A program made the translations under genes and the position numbers. From positions 1 to 32,922 of the forward strand of contig CAZKED010000013.1 in assembly GCA_964551725.1 (NCBI GenBank): 32,922 nt of DNA, written 5' to 3'. Numbering within the stretch: the first letter of the stretch is position 1; every line of letters starts with the position of its first letter. Of the stretch, positions 18,528 through 27,057 are shown one piece after another. The notes beneath the pieces were generated by a model. The model had not been told where the DNA came from. It was given only the letters and a program-made list of their open reading frames with translations, and made no database searches. The DNA comes from an uncultured archaeon (lineage in GTDB: Archaea > Iainarchaeota > Iainarchaeia > Iainarchaeales > DTGL01).

Positions 18528-18644
18528 ATTACTGAATTCTGCCGGGAAAAGGTTAAAAATTGGAACTCGCTGCAAAAACCCGCCCATTAAATTTATTAAT
18601 GTAAGGCCTCTAATATTACTCTATTCTATTCGGAGGTTTTGCCT

Positions 18645-18809
18645 ATGGTTTGCTCTTATAAGAATTCGAGGGGAAAAACCTATTACCTGCACCAGCGCGG
18701 AAAGCTTTTCTTTTTCAGCGGAAAGGAATCCGGGGCAATTGAAATGTCCTCGGGCTACGAAATAATTGAAAACACGCGCACGGGCCTGCCAATGCTCAAG
18801 AAAAAATAA
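18645..18809 (+). CDS. Small 54-aa protein (not in ORF track)
   Basis: GGAGG RBS. MVCSYKNSRGKTYYLHQRGKLFFFSGKESGAIEMSSGYEIIENTRTGLPMLKKK. Confidence 0.8.
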   Translation: MVCSYKNSRGKTYYLHQRGKLFFFSGKESGAIEMSSGYEIIENTRTGLPMLKKK

Positions 18810-18839
18810 CGCGAATTCCGCCTCATTCAGGGGAAAAAA

Positions 18840-20630
18840 ATGAAATACGACGAAAAGGAATTCGAACGCAGCGCAGCGTACTACAAAAAAAATCTGGGAA
18901 GGCACGCAAAAGGAAAAAACGTTCTGATTGTTCTGGGTCCTGAAAACGAGATTGGATTCTACTCTCTCGCGCCGCTGAGCAGGGCACTGCACGACATTGG
19001 CGCTGACGTGAATGCCCGCATCGGAAAAAAAAAGGAAAACCGCATACTGATGGAGCGCTTATGGAAAACCTGCAGTGAAATGCGCGGAGGCAAAAAAAAC
19101 CGCAAAACGCGCGCTCTAAAGGAATTCATCTCCGCAGCGGAGAAAAAAATAAAGAAGGGCGAATTCGCAAAAATCTTCCGCGAGCCGGAAATCCGTATCA
19201 CCGGCGGGAAAAAGGGCTTAACCGCTTCGCTGGGAGAAAAAGAAATTTTCCTCGAATACCGCGCGAAATGGCACAGGAAATTCAAATGGAAAGAACTGCT
19301 GCGGACAAGCGCGAAAATACTCAAATACGGATACGCCCTGAAAAAAAGCGAAAGGTTCACAATCGGCTTTGAACTCGTGCCCGCAAAAAAGGACATTGAG
19401 CAGCCGCTCGAAGACTACCTGGACAATTATTCAATCGCGAGGGCAATGCTCCTTGCAGCGCAAAAAAAGTGCAGGAGCGCATCCTTGGGGGCGGCAACAC
19501 TCCGCAAATCCAAGCTCGAGAGAATGGAGCGCGTTTCCGACTTGAGCGCTACAATAAGCGGGTGCGAGTACTCAAAAAAATCAGGAGAAAAAGTGTTCAG
19601 GAAATATGCATCACTCTGCCGCGCGCTTTCGCTGCACGAATGGAAGTACTCCGACGCTGTTTTCTCCATTGTGGGAAAGGGCTACGGGGGAAAGCACTTG
19701 TTCGGCGCGATGGTCGGCTATCCCTCCCCGAACGGAAAAACCCGGTGGAATTCGCCCGGGCAAATGATGCTGAAGCCCTGGTGGCTCATGCAGACCTCGC
19801 TGGACAAGAGAATGCCGAAAACGCGCCTCGGAATAACCGAAACAGTGCCAATAAAAGAGTTTATAGAAACGTGCAATATTGATTACGCAAAAATGCGTTC
19901 CCGTAATGAAAAAATAAAAAAAGCGATAGAGGAAAGCGAGATACTGCACGTTCACGGAACAAAAGTGAAAGGCGGCGTTACAAAACTTAAAGTGGAACTA
20001 AAAAAGGGAAGAAAGCGCAGGCACGTGCAGAAAAGCGATTCAGACGCAAGGTCAAAACTGGACAGGCGCGCCTTGGAGAGGAGCGGAGTGAAAGCGGGAA
20101 TGTACGCCAACTTTCCCGGCGGAGAGGCATTCCTTACCCCGGAATCAGTCTCCGGCACGGCAATAGGCGATGTGGTTATAAACCTCGACAGAAGCATTCC
20201 CCTCAGCGCGGAAAACCCGATAGTGGTTTCATTCAGAAAAGGAAAATGGAAACTCGAAAGAGGGCCCGCCGTGGTAAAGGAAAAAATAAGGAAAGAGTTA
20301 AGGGATGCAAAAAAACTGCTCCGCATATACGAGAAAAACCGCTCACTGCCAAAAAAAATAGTGAATTCTTACAGGAAGAACTTCCGCATGACCGGAGAAT
20401 TCGCAATAAACACCAACCCAAAGGCAAAACCCAGCCGCTATCTAATAATAAGCGAGAAAATAGCAAACATGATTCACATCGCTCTCGGAAGCGGCTTCGA
20501 GCCGGACAGGAACACGATGTACCACTGGGACTTTGTGATAAATGCGCCGAGGCAGAAACTCGACATCTACGGCATGGACAGGCACGGAAGAAAAAAATTC
20601 ATTCTCAGAAAAGGGAAGTTTGCCCTATGA
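18840..20630 (+). CDS. Peptidase M29 (aminopeptidase T-like) domain protein with long N-terminal region
   Basis: NFPGGEAF, GEFAINTNP, SEKI...HIALG, HWDFV. Confidence 0.75.
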   Translation: MKYDEKEFERSAAYYKKNLGRHAKGKNVLIVLGPENEIGFYSLAPLSRALHDIGADVNARIGKKKENRILMERLWKTCSEMRGGKKNRKTRALKEFISAAEKKIKKGEFAKIFREPEIRITGGKKGLTASLGEKEIFLEYRAKWHRKFKWKELLRTSAKILKYGYALKKSERFTIGFELVPAKKDIEQPLEDYLDNYSIARAMLLAAQKKCRSASLGAATLRKSKLERMERVSDLSATISGCEYSKKSGEKVFRKYASLCRALSLHEWKYSDAVFSIVGKGYGGKHLFGAMVGYPSPNGKTRWNSPGQMMLKPWWLMQTSLDKRMPKTRLGITETVPIKEFIETCNIDYAKMRSRNEKIKKAIEESEILHVHGTKVKGGVTKLKVELKKGRKRRHVQKSDSDARSKLDRRALERSGVKAGMYANFPGGEAFLTPESVSGTAIGDVVINLDRSIPLSAENPIVVSFRKGKWKLERGPAVVKEKIRKELRDAKKLLRIYEKNRSLPKKIVNSYRKNFRMTGEFAINTNPKAKPSRYLIISEKIANMIHIALGSGFEPDRNTMYHWDFVINAPRQKLDIYGMDRHGRKKFILRKGKFAL

Positions 20631-21691
20631 AGGAAAAAATCCGCGAGCTTTTCAAAAGCATTGAAGCGGAACAGGTGCTGCTTTTCAACCGCTTTTCGGA
20701 GCAGCCCTACTTCCACTATTTTTCACAACTGCCGGTGCAGCAATTCCGGGGAAACGCACTGCTCCTCCGCAGGGGAAGCATGCCAATTGTAACCTGCACT
20801 TTTCTGGACTGCGGCGCAGCGCGCACGAAAACCATCACTTTGAAAAAAATCTCGGGAAAGAAGGACTTCCTCAAACTGGTGAGGAAAAAATTCCCCAAAA
20901 AAACCATCGCGCTCAATTACGCGGAGCATTCTCCTGCCTCGCTGGCAAAACTCAGAAAAGAACTGCGCGGGAAAAAATTTGTGAACGTGCAGCCGCAGCT
21001 GGAAAAAGTGCGGGAAACAAAAACGAAAAAGGAAATCGCGCGCCTGCGCAAGGCAGCGGAACTCACGGAAAAGGCAATGAGGAAAATCCCGGCTCTCTAC
21101 AAAAAGGGAATGACGGAAAGAGAACTCTCCGTGGAACTTGAAACCTTTGTTCTCGAGCGCGGGGCGCAGGGCACGTCCTTTCCCGTCATCGTGGCAAGCG
21201 GGAAGCATTCAAGCATTCCGCATTACATTACCTCGGACAGGAAAATCGGCAGGGGCTTTCTGCTCGTGGATTTCGGCGCACGGTACAAGAACTATTGCTC
21301 AGATATCAGCAGGACTTTCTACGTGGGAAAAGCAGGGGAAAAGGAAAGGGAAATGTATTCAGCTGTTTTCCGCGCGAAACAGGCGGCTGAAAAATGCGCT
21401 GCAGCCGGAGTGAAGGCTTCCGCGCTCTTTGAAGCCGCGGACTCCGAGCTGAGAAAATCCAAATTGAAAATGACCCATGCGTTGGGGCACGGCATTGGGC
21501 TGCAGGACCACGATTTTCCGCGCGGAATTGCAAAGAAAAGCCCTTGGAAACTGCGGGAAAAAATGTGCATTGCGATAGAACCCGCGGTTTACGGAAAATT
21601 TGGCGGAACACGCCTAGAGGACAACTACGTTGTGGGAAAAAGGAAACTGGAAAGAATGAGCCATGCGCCTAAGTTGCTGATTAAGTTATAA
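20627..21691 (+). CDS. Xaa-Pro peptidase (M24 family)
   Basis: DFGA..YCSDISRT, HALGHGIG, EPAVY, RLEDN. ATGA overlap with upstream gene. Confidence 0.88.
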   Translation: MKEKIRELFKSIEAEQVLLFNRFSEQPYFHYFSQLPVQQFRGNALLLRRGSMPIVTCTFLDCGAARTKTITLKKISGKKDFLKLVRKKFPKKTIALNYAEHSPASLAKLRKELRGKKFVNVQPQLEKVRETKTKKEIARLRKAAELTEKAMRKIPALYKKGMTERELSVELETFVLERGAQGTSFPVIVASGKHSSIPHYITSDRKIGRGFLLVDFGARYKNYCSDISRTFYVGKAGEKEREMYSAVFRAKQAAEKCAAAGVKASALFEAADSELRKSKLKMTHALGHGIGLQDHDFPRGIAKKSPWKLREKMCIAIEPAVYGKFGGTRLEDNYVVGKRKLERMSHAPKLLIKL

Positions 21692-21836
21692 ATTAACTAT
21701 GGGAATTCTCACACATGCTTACGGCTGTGGATAAGAAAACAATGACATCCAAAAGAGCAAATGTAAATTCAGGTTTCATAATTTCACAGCCACAAAAACT
21801 ATAAAAACACTGGAATACACTAATTAATTGAAGGAC

Positions 21837-23132
21837 ATGAAGCCAAGAAAAACGAGACCCAACCAATTACATCAGCAAAGACAGGAGGCAAGAAGAGAAA
21901 TCCAAGCAACAGGCATAAAACCGCCAGGTTCAACTTTTCCACGGCAAATGACACCAAGCGACCACGCCCTGCGCAGACTCCAAAAAAGAAGAATCAATCC
22001 ACAAGCGCTGCTCTCAATGGTGAAAAGCACTGACCCAGTGCTAAGAGGAAGTGCCATTGAGAGAATAAAAACAGATAAAAAAACCCTCAAACGACTTAGC
22101 CTTACAGAACTAAAAAATCTCACAGAACACCCAAACCCGATTGTTCGCAAAGCAGCAGAAAACGCACTCCAGGAACAAACAAAACAAAGAAACCTAACAG
22201 AACTAAAAAATCTCACAGAACACCCAGACGCATATATTCGTGAGATAGCGGCAAAAGAACTATCACAAATATATGCAAAACAAAAAAACCTAACAGGACT
22301 AACACAACTTGCGGAAAACCCTGACTGGGTAGTCCGCAAGGCCGCTGCAAAGGCACTAGAACAAATAGGCGAAAAAGGACTTCCAACACTAAGAGAACTC
22401 ATAAAAGACCCCAGCGCGTTTGTTTGCGAGACAGCGGCAAACTCAATAGCACAAATATATAGAAAACAAAGAAACCTAACAGAACTAAAAAATCTCACAG
22501 AACACCCAAACCCGATTGTTCGCAAAGCAGCAGAAAACGCACTGGAACAAATAAAGACAAGGATGGCAATGCTTGGAACAAGAAGACCTTTTGCAGCAAC
22601 AGCACACCTTCTGGAAATACTTGAAAGAACTGAAACACTAAAAGCTGTCTCCAGCCAACTTAAAAGAGAATTCGGTGAAGAATTCACTGGTATTGTTGTC
22701 TTTGGCAGCCTAGCAAAAGGTTACGCGCGCCCCGAAAGCGATATTGATTACGGGGTAATCGCCTCAACCCCCAAACCAGTCAAGAGATTCCGAGAGTTAG
22801 CAAGGGAAAAAGGACTCCCACTGTGCGACGAGCATTATGTAAATTCAGGAGAAAAAAGCAGCAAGACAACAGCAATGCTATTCAATGGATTGTTCTTCGG
22901 AGACAGAAAAGCACTAAAAAAATCACAAAGGGCAGCATTCATAAGAATTGAAAGCCCACAAGAATGGAACAGAGTAAGAAGACAAATCTTCAAAAACGAA
23001 ACACACTTAGAAACAGCATTCAAAAGACTTGGCATAACAAGCAAAAGAGAACAACAAAGACTAAAAGCCGCAGCAGCACTCAGAGTTCCACCACCATACA
23101 ACGAAATGAAAAAATTGCTCGGAATAAAATAA
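21837..23132 (+). CDS. HEAT-repeat protein fused to a minimal nucleotidyltransferase (Pol-beta/MNT) domain
   Basis: Repeats L..HPNPIVRKAAENAL, then GIVVFGSLAKG....SDIDY. Confidence 0.8.
   Translation: MKPRKTRPNQLHQQRQEARREIQATGIKPPGSTFPRQMTPSDHALRRLQKRRINPQALLSMVKSTDPVLRGSAIERIKTDKKTLKRLSLTELKNLTEHPNPIVRKAAENALQEQTKQRNLTELKNLTEHPDAYIREIAAKELSQIYAKQKNLTGLTQLAENPDWVVRKAAAKALEQIGEKGLPTLRELIKDPSAFVCETAANSIAQIYRKQRNLTELKNLTEHPNPIVRKAAENALEQIKTRMAMLGTRRPFAATAHLLEILERTETLKAVSSQLKREFGEEFTGIVVFGSLAKGYARPESDIDYGVIASTPKPVKRFRELAREKGLPLCDEHYVNSGEKSSKTTAMLFNGLFFGDRKALKKSQRAAFIRIESPQEWNRVRRQIFKNETHLETAFKRLGITSKREQQRLKAAAALRVPPPYNEMKKLLGIK
22104..22543 (+). repeat. Exact intragenic direct repeats in the HEAT array
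   Basis: 22104-22168 = 22479-22543 (65 nt). 22181-22226 = 22463-22508 (46 nt). Confidence 0.9.
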
Positions 23133-23199
23133 ACAGCAAAAAAAACACGCCAAAAACTCACAACCACAATTAAAAACAATTTTGCCCTTTTCATATTCT

Positions 23200-23289
23200 A
23201 TGGATTTAGAGCAGGCTCAGGCGATTATAGCCGAGGCAATAAACAGCAAGCAGATGCTCTGCGTTGTCGGCAACTGCTTTGTCGAATAA
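23200..23289 (+). pseudogene. nucS: 5' remnant of a second nucS
   Basis: MDLEQAQAIIAEAINSKQMLCVVGNCFVE* aligns gaplessly with the N-terminus of intact NucS (MDFGQAIGKIEAGISKKHLTTIFGACRVNY). Similar leaderless promoter. Confidence 0.6.
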
Positions 23290-23403
23290 CATTTAAAAAG
23301 GTAACTGTTAGCCCGGCTTTTTCCCTGTTATCTACATGACTGGGGCACGTTTTAGGCGTATTTTGGGCTCTTTGCTTTTTTGAATTTTTTGGCGTGGTTA
23401 TCT

Positions 23404-24309
23404 TCATTTCCTTCTTTTAATTCTTCTCCAAAATTTCCATTTGTCTTTTTGCGCTTGTTTTTTCTCTTTTACAGCGTTTATTGTCGAGGCAAGCCTTTGA
23501 ATTTGTCTCTTTCTTTCTCTCTTGTATTCTTTTCTCAGTATTGGGAACAATGGTTCTTTACTTTCAACCCTTTCTCTCACATAACGGGGAAGCACTGAAA
23601 GGGGCATGTCCTTTCTAAAAGGATTTAATCCCTTTGCTGTTAAGAGTCCTTCAACTTCTTTAGAGTGGGCTTGCCCGCAAACAACAATGTCGGGCAAAAT
23701 TCCATTTCTAATTTGTCTTTCGATTTCTTTTTTCATGAAGTGCTCCATTTCGACGGCGGCCATGTCCTGCTTTTTTTGGCATTCTTTTGCTTCGCTTTCC
23801 TTACCGTCTCTACGAAGCCTTCTTCCCTGCTCATAGTAGTCAATAGCCGTTTGCAAAAATTCGTGTTTTACCAAAGGCACTATTTGAAATCCTTTTTTCC
23901 TCGCATGAGTAAGCACATCAAGAATATATCTCCCAGACTCAGTCAGAACATCGCTCCTAACAAACCGGCGTGCTTCCCCCCCACTTAAAACTCCAGATCC
24001 CGGTCGAAACAGGGTGTTCAACGTCCAATTTAGGCTTTCTCTTAAGTTTTTAGGCAGTTTTTTAGGGGGTTCGTATTTTCCTTCCCACCTTAATCCCGTT
24101 ATTTTCGTTAATTCGTCCAAATAAGTAACGAATTCTGGGGAAATTTCAAGAAAAAGAACTTTTCCTCCTTTTGCGGCAACAGAATCGATTTCCCCTTTTG
24201 TGGCATTCAGCGCTCCAGAGTCTTCAACCCATCTCCCCTCTTGAGTTAAACCAGCCGGCACAGTTTTAAATGCCCCGTAGATCAACGGTTGATTTGCGCT
24301 TTTCCTCAT
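23404..24309 (-). CDS. Hypothetical protein, possible TraB/Tiki/EreA-ChaN-like fold
   Basis: VLFLE, ARKKGFQIVPL, MEHFM, IVVCGQAH. Basic C-terminal tail. Confidence 0.6.
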   Translation of the reverse strand: MRKSANQPLIYGAFKTVPAGLTQEGRWVEDSGALNATKGEIDSVAAKGGKVLFLEISPEFVTYLDELTKITGLRWEGKYEPPKKLPKNLRESLNWTLNTLFRPGSGVLSGGEARRFVRSDVLTESGRYILDVLTHARKKGFQIVPLVKHEFLQTAIDYYEQGRRLRRDGKESEAKECQKKQDMAAVEMEHFMKKEIERQIRNGILPDIVVCGQAHSKEVEGLLTAKGLNPFRKDMPLSVLPRYVRERVESKEPLFPILRKEYKRERKRQIQRLASTINAVKEKKQAQKDKWKFWRRIKRRK

Positions 24310-24391
24310 AAAACCACTACTCCAACGTATTCGTATTAATAAGCGAACTGGTTTAATATAAAACTTACAGGCACATAAGGGAAAAAACGAA

Positions 24392-25162
24392 TCAACTCTC
24401 GCACTCAAAAAAATGGCTAATTGTTTTCTGCTTTTTTTGTAGACCTATAATCCTAGCTTTTTCTTTGCTGGAAGGGAGCAGTTCGAAGTCGATTTTGGCG
24501 TATTCGAGTCCGAGGTTTTCGAGCATTTCGCGGGCTTTTTTTCTAATGCTTGGGGCCAGTAATATGCCCCTGGTTTTTTTGCCTTTGATTTTTTCCACCT
24601 GCCTCATATACCGCTGGAGCTGGGTTACGCAAGCATAATCCGCTTGCCTACGCTTTAGCTCGATTACCACCAAACCGCCTTGAGCATCCTCTGCGATTAT
24701 GTCTGCTATTCCTCTCCTGAAGTGTTCTTGTTGGTTTAGGGGCTTGAGGCCGGGTTCTATCATGGAGAGGTCTTGCATTAGGAGCTCGTTGAGGTCTTTT
24801 TCCGAGCCGCTGAGCCTGAGGTCGTTGCTTATCTCCATTTTGTAGCATTGCACGTCATCAATCCTGTCGAAGGCTATTGTGAGGCGTTCTCTTGGCTTTA
24901 AGCGTTTTGCTGTCAGAATCGCGCCTTCCTCGCTGGGTTCTATTGCTATTCTCGCGTTCATCATGTAGTTCGTGGGTCTGACCAGCCTGTTTTGGTGAAC
25001 GCTAATCGAATTATCCCCCTTAATGAGAATCAACCTCTTACCCCGGGGTAGCTGGCTCGTGGCTCTTCCAACGTAATTGACCCTGCAGGCTCCAAAAATG
25101 GTTGTTAGGTGCTTTTTTGAGATGCCGGCCTCGATTTTGCCTATCGCTTGCCCAAAATCCAT
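24392..25162 (-). CDS. nucS: Endonuclease NucS (EndoMS)
   Basis: C.V.Y.GRA.S, IKGDNSISVH, P.NY, GIADI, VIELKR, QLQRY, RGILLAP. Confidence 0.93.
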   Translation of the reverse strand: MDFGQAIGKIEAGISKKHLTTIFGACRVNYVGRATSQLPRGKRLILIKGDNSISVHQNRLVRPTNYMMNARIAIEPSEEGAILTAKRLKPRERLTIAFDRIDDVQCYKMEISNDLRLSGSEKDLNELLMQDLSMIEPGLKPLNQQEHFRRGIADIIAEDAQGGLVVIELKRRQADYACVTQLQRYMRQVEKIKGKKTRGILLAPSIRKKAREMLENLGLEYAKIDFELLPSSKEKARIIGLQKKQKTISHFFECES

Positions 25163-25209
25163 AAGTATTTGGAAAGGGGAGAACACTTTAAAAAAGGGCT
25201 AATCGGCGC

Positions 25210-25338
25210 TCACTCATAGGCTTTTATGAGCCGCAGGATTATTTCTTCGTAGGTTTCCCCTTTCTTCCCCAATTCCTTGAGCTTCTCCCTCGTATCAGGA
25301 CTCAACTGGATAGTAGTAACACCCTTCCTATAAGACAT
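25210..25338 (-). CDS. 42-aa ribbon-helix-helix/VapB-like DNA-binding protein (not in ORF track)
   Basis: MSYRKGVTTIQLSPDTREKLKELGKKGETYEEIILRLIKAYE. TATA (tttattaa) about 25-30 nt upstream. Confidence 0.78.
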   Translation of the reverse strand: MSYRKGVTTIQLSPDTREKLKELGKKGETYEEIILRLIKAYE

Positions 25339-25343
25339 AGCAA

Positions 25344-25359
25344 CTATATAACGCTATAG
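25344..25359. promoter_or_regulatory. Palindrome CTATA-N6-TATAG, candidate RHH autoregulatory operator
   Basis: Lies between the TATA box and ATG of the RHH gene. Confidence 0.4.
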
Positions 25360-25389
25360 GTGTTAATAAATGTTGCGGTTCTACGCCAA

Positions 25390-26601
25390 CTAAGCCAGTG
25401 GCAATGGCCACAATCCTTTTGAGCCCCTTTGCGGTTTTTCATTTAACATTTTCCTGATGCTTTCCGGCGTTTTCAATTTGAGTACACGGTATAACAAGCT
25501 TAAAATTAGCCGGTCAAAAAAGTAAAAGAAGCTTTGTTCGATAAAGTGCGGCATGATGTTTTTCTTCTTTTTCTTTGCTCTTTTAATCATATAATTGATT
25601 TCAATCCCTTCATGCCCTACCGCATTTCTGTAGTCATACATCTCCTTTAGGCTGTCTTTCCACACTTCAAAATCCAAATCAGTAAACTTTCTGATAAACA
25701 GTTCCGCTTTCTCCATTGTTGAAGGCTTTAATATAGAGTATAGCTTCTGACACTCTTCTTCAGAAAGCTCCCACTCACTAGCTTTTTCCTTTATGACACT
25801 TTTCAAGTTTCCCCTAGCAAGCTGCAATTTTGAATTGGGATCTACCTTGACGTTACTAGTCAAGTTCTCAAATAAGCCCCATGCCAAAAAGCCAGGGCCA
25901 CGCCTAACAATATTTCCCTGCCTTTCTGAAATCATGTGATAATACTGGATCAATCCAAAGTTTTTTGGCTTTTTTTCAATAAACGCTTTAACGAGTTTTT
26001 CAAACTCTTTCTTTGGCACTCTAAATTCATATTGCCTACCTGAGAAACGGTCTTGCTTGGATACATACCCAAATTTCGTTTTTGGGTCTCCAATAATAAC
26101 TGAAGCAATACCAGAGTTGGTCAGAAATTTAATCAGCTCAATCAAGTCAAGATCATAAAGAAAAACAATATTATCAAGAAATTGAAACTGAAAAAAAGAA
26201 TTGTCAGGACTAACCCTATTTGTTATTCCCCTACGCAAATCAGAACCTATTTTTTCCATGCGTTCCTTTGACGATTTGTATATCGGCGTATTTTCAAATG
26301 CCTTCAAATAAGGTCTTTTGAGAATAAGGTAATAACCATTAAAGTTCTGTAATGGGCTCTCATCTCCAAATCTGCCTAACTCACTCAAATCTTCCAAATT
26401 ATAAATCTTGTTCACACCATAGCCGGCTTCATCACCCACTATTAAGTGATTAATTCCCAATATTTTGCGACATTCCGAAGGGAAATCCTTGATCTTTCTT
26501 ATTTCAGCGTAACCTATGTTTATTTCAGGGATGCGAACTTGGCCACCTAAGTATCGGGAAGGAGCCAAAAGCACCATTGCATGCGTCTCAGGTTTAGCCA
26601 T
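25390..26601 (-). CDS. HEPN-domain protein (ApeA-like)
   Basis: C-terminal YDYRNAVGH (Rx4H) preceded by an AWGLFENL helix. AT-rich. Confidence 0.7.
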   Translation of the reverse strand: MAKPETHAMVLLAPSRYLGGQVRIPEINIGYAEIRKIKDFPSECRKILGINHLIVGDEAGYGVNKIYNLEDLSELGRFGDESPLQNFNGYYLILKRPYLKAFENTPIYKSSKERMEKIGSDLRRGITNRVSPDNSFFQFQFLDNIVFLYDLDLIELIKFLTNSGIASVIIGDPKTKFGYVSKQDRFSGRQYEFRVPKKEFEKLVKAFIEKKPKNFGLIQYYHMISERQGNIVRRGPGFLAWGLFENLTSNVKVDPNSKLQLARGNLKSVIKEKASEWELSEEECQKLYSILKPSTMEKAELFIRKFTDLDFEVWKDSLKEMYDYRNAVGHEGIEINYMIKRAKKKKKNIMPHFIEQSFFYFFDRLILSLLYRVLKLKTPESIRKMLNEKPQRGSKGLWPLPLA

Positions 26602-26685
26602 ATATTAAACTCGGAGTTAGGAATATTTAAAGCTTTGGAATTGAAGGGCTTTGCTCTTAAATAGCATCTTGCCCCTAAATTCGAA

Positions 26686-26964
26686 TTAACCGCTTTTATA
26701 TTCAATACTACATTTTTTGCACTTAATTGTTAATGTTGTATCTCCAGAAACGTCAAAAAAATCAGTATAATTTTCCCCATCTTTGATTTTCCACTCATTA
26801 CCGCATTTGTGGCAATGCAAATGAACAATTTTTCCCTCTTTCCACACTATTTGTATAGCCCCGTGAGGTTTCATTGAAAACCTATGCTCAAATCCATCGC
26901 TAATTTTACTCTTCAACAAAGGTTTTTTATTTTGGCGGAGTTTTATGGAAACCGAGTCTTTCAT
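26686..26964 (-). CDS. Small Zn-ribbon protein
   Basis: CHKC...CKKC. GGGGTG RBS. Confidence 0.65.
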   Translation of the reverse strand: MKDSVSIKLRQNKKPLLKSKISDGFEHRFSMKPHGAIQIVWKEGKIVHLHCHKCGNEWKIKDGENYTDFFDVSGDTTLTIKCKKCSIEYKSG

Positions 26965-26989
26965 TTTTACACCCCATAGCTTCCAAAAG

Positions 26990-27057
26990 TGGCGCTGGCG
27001 TTTCTGCTAAGAGAGACGGTTGAACTGCGTTGCAGAATCCGTCAAACGCCAACACCA
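26990..27057 (-). ncRNA. Candidate structured small RNA, copy 2
   Basis: 14-bp closing stem whose two non-Watson-Crick pairs are G-U only on the minus strand. TATA ccttaaa about 24 nt upstream. Core shared with 15832-15916. Confidence 0.55.

Noticed and set aside
20246-20626. 127-aa N-terminal extension of the M24 peptidase in the ORF track
   Set aside because: It overlaps the M29 gene in another frame. The ATGA-coupled start at 20627 is more plausible.
21726-21734. Perfect DnaA box TGTGGATAA (and a 1-mismatch copy at 23328-36)
   Set aside because: Isolated sites in an archaeal context with no box cluster or origin genes.
22104-22543. DGR template/variable repeat pair or CRISPR array
   Set aside because: The repeats are in-frame protein repeats, differences are not adenine-specific, there are no spacers, and no RT or cas gene is present.
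21872-22687. 271-aa antisense ORF, and the many other overlapping or antisense ORFs in the track
   Set aside because: Shadow frames of well-supported genes caused by codon bias, with no recognisable motifs.
23284-23315. Integron attC-like site (GTTAGCC)
   Set aside because: No matching RYYYAAC or internal palindrome, and no integrase.
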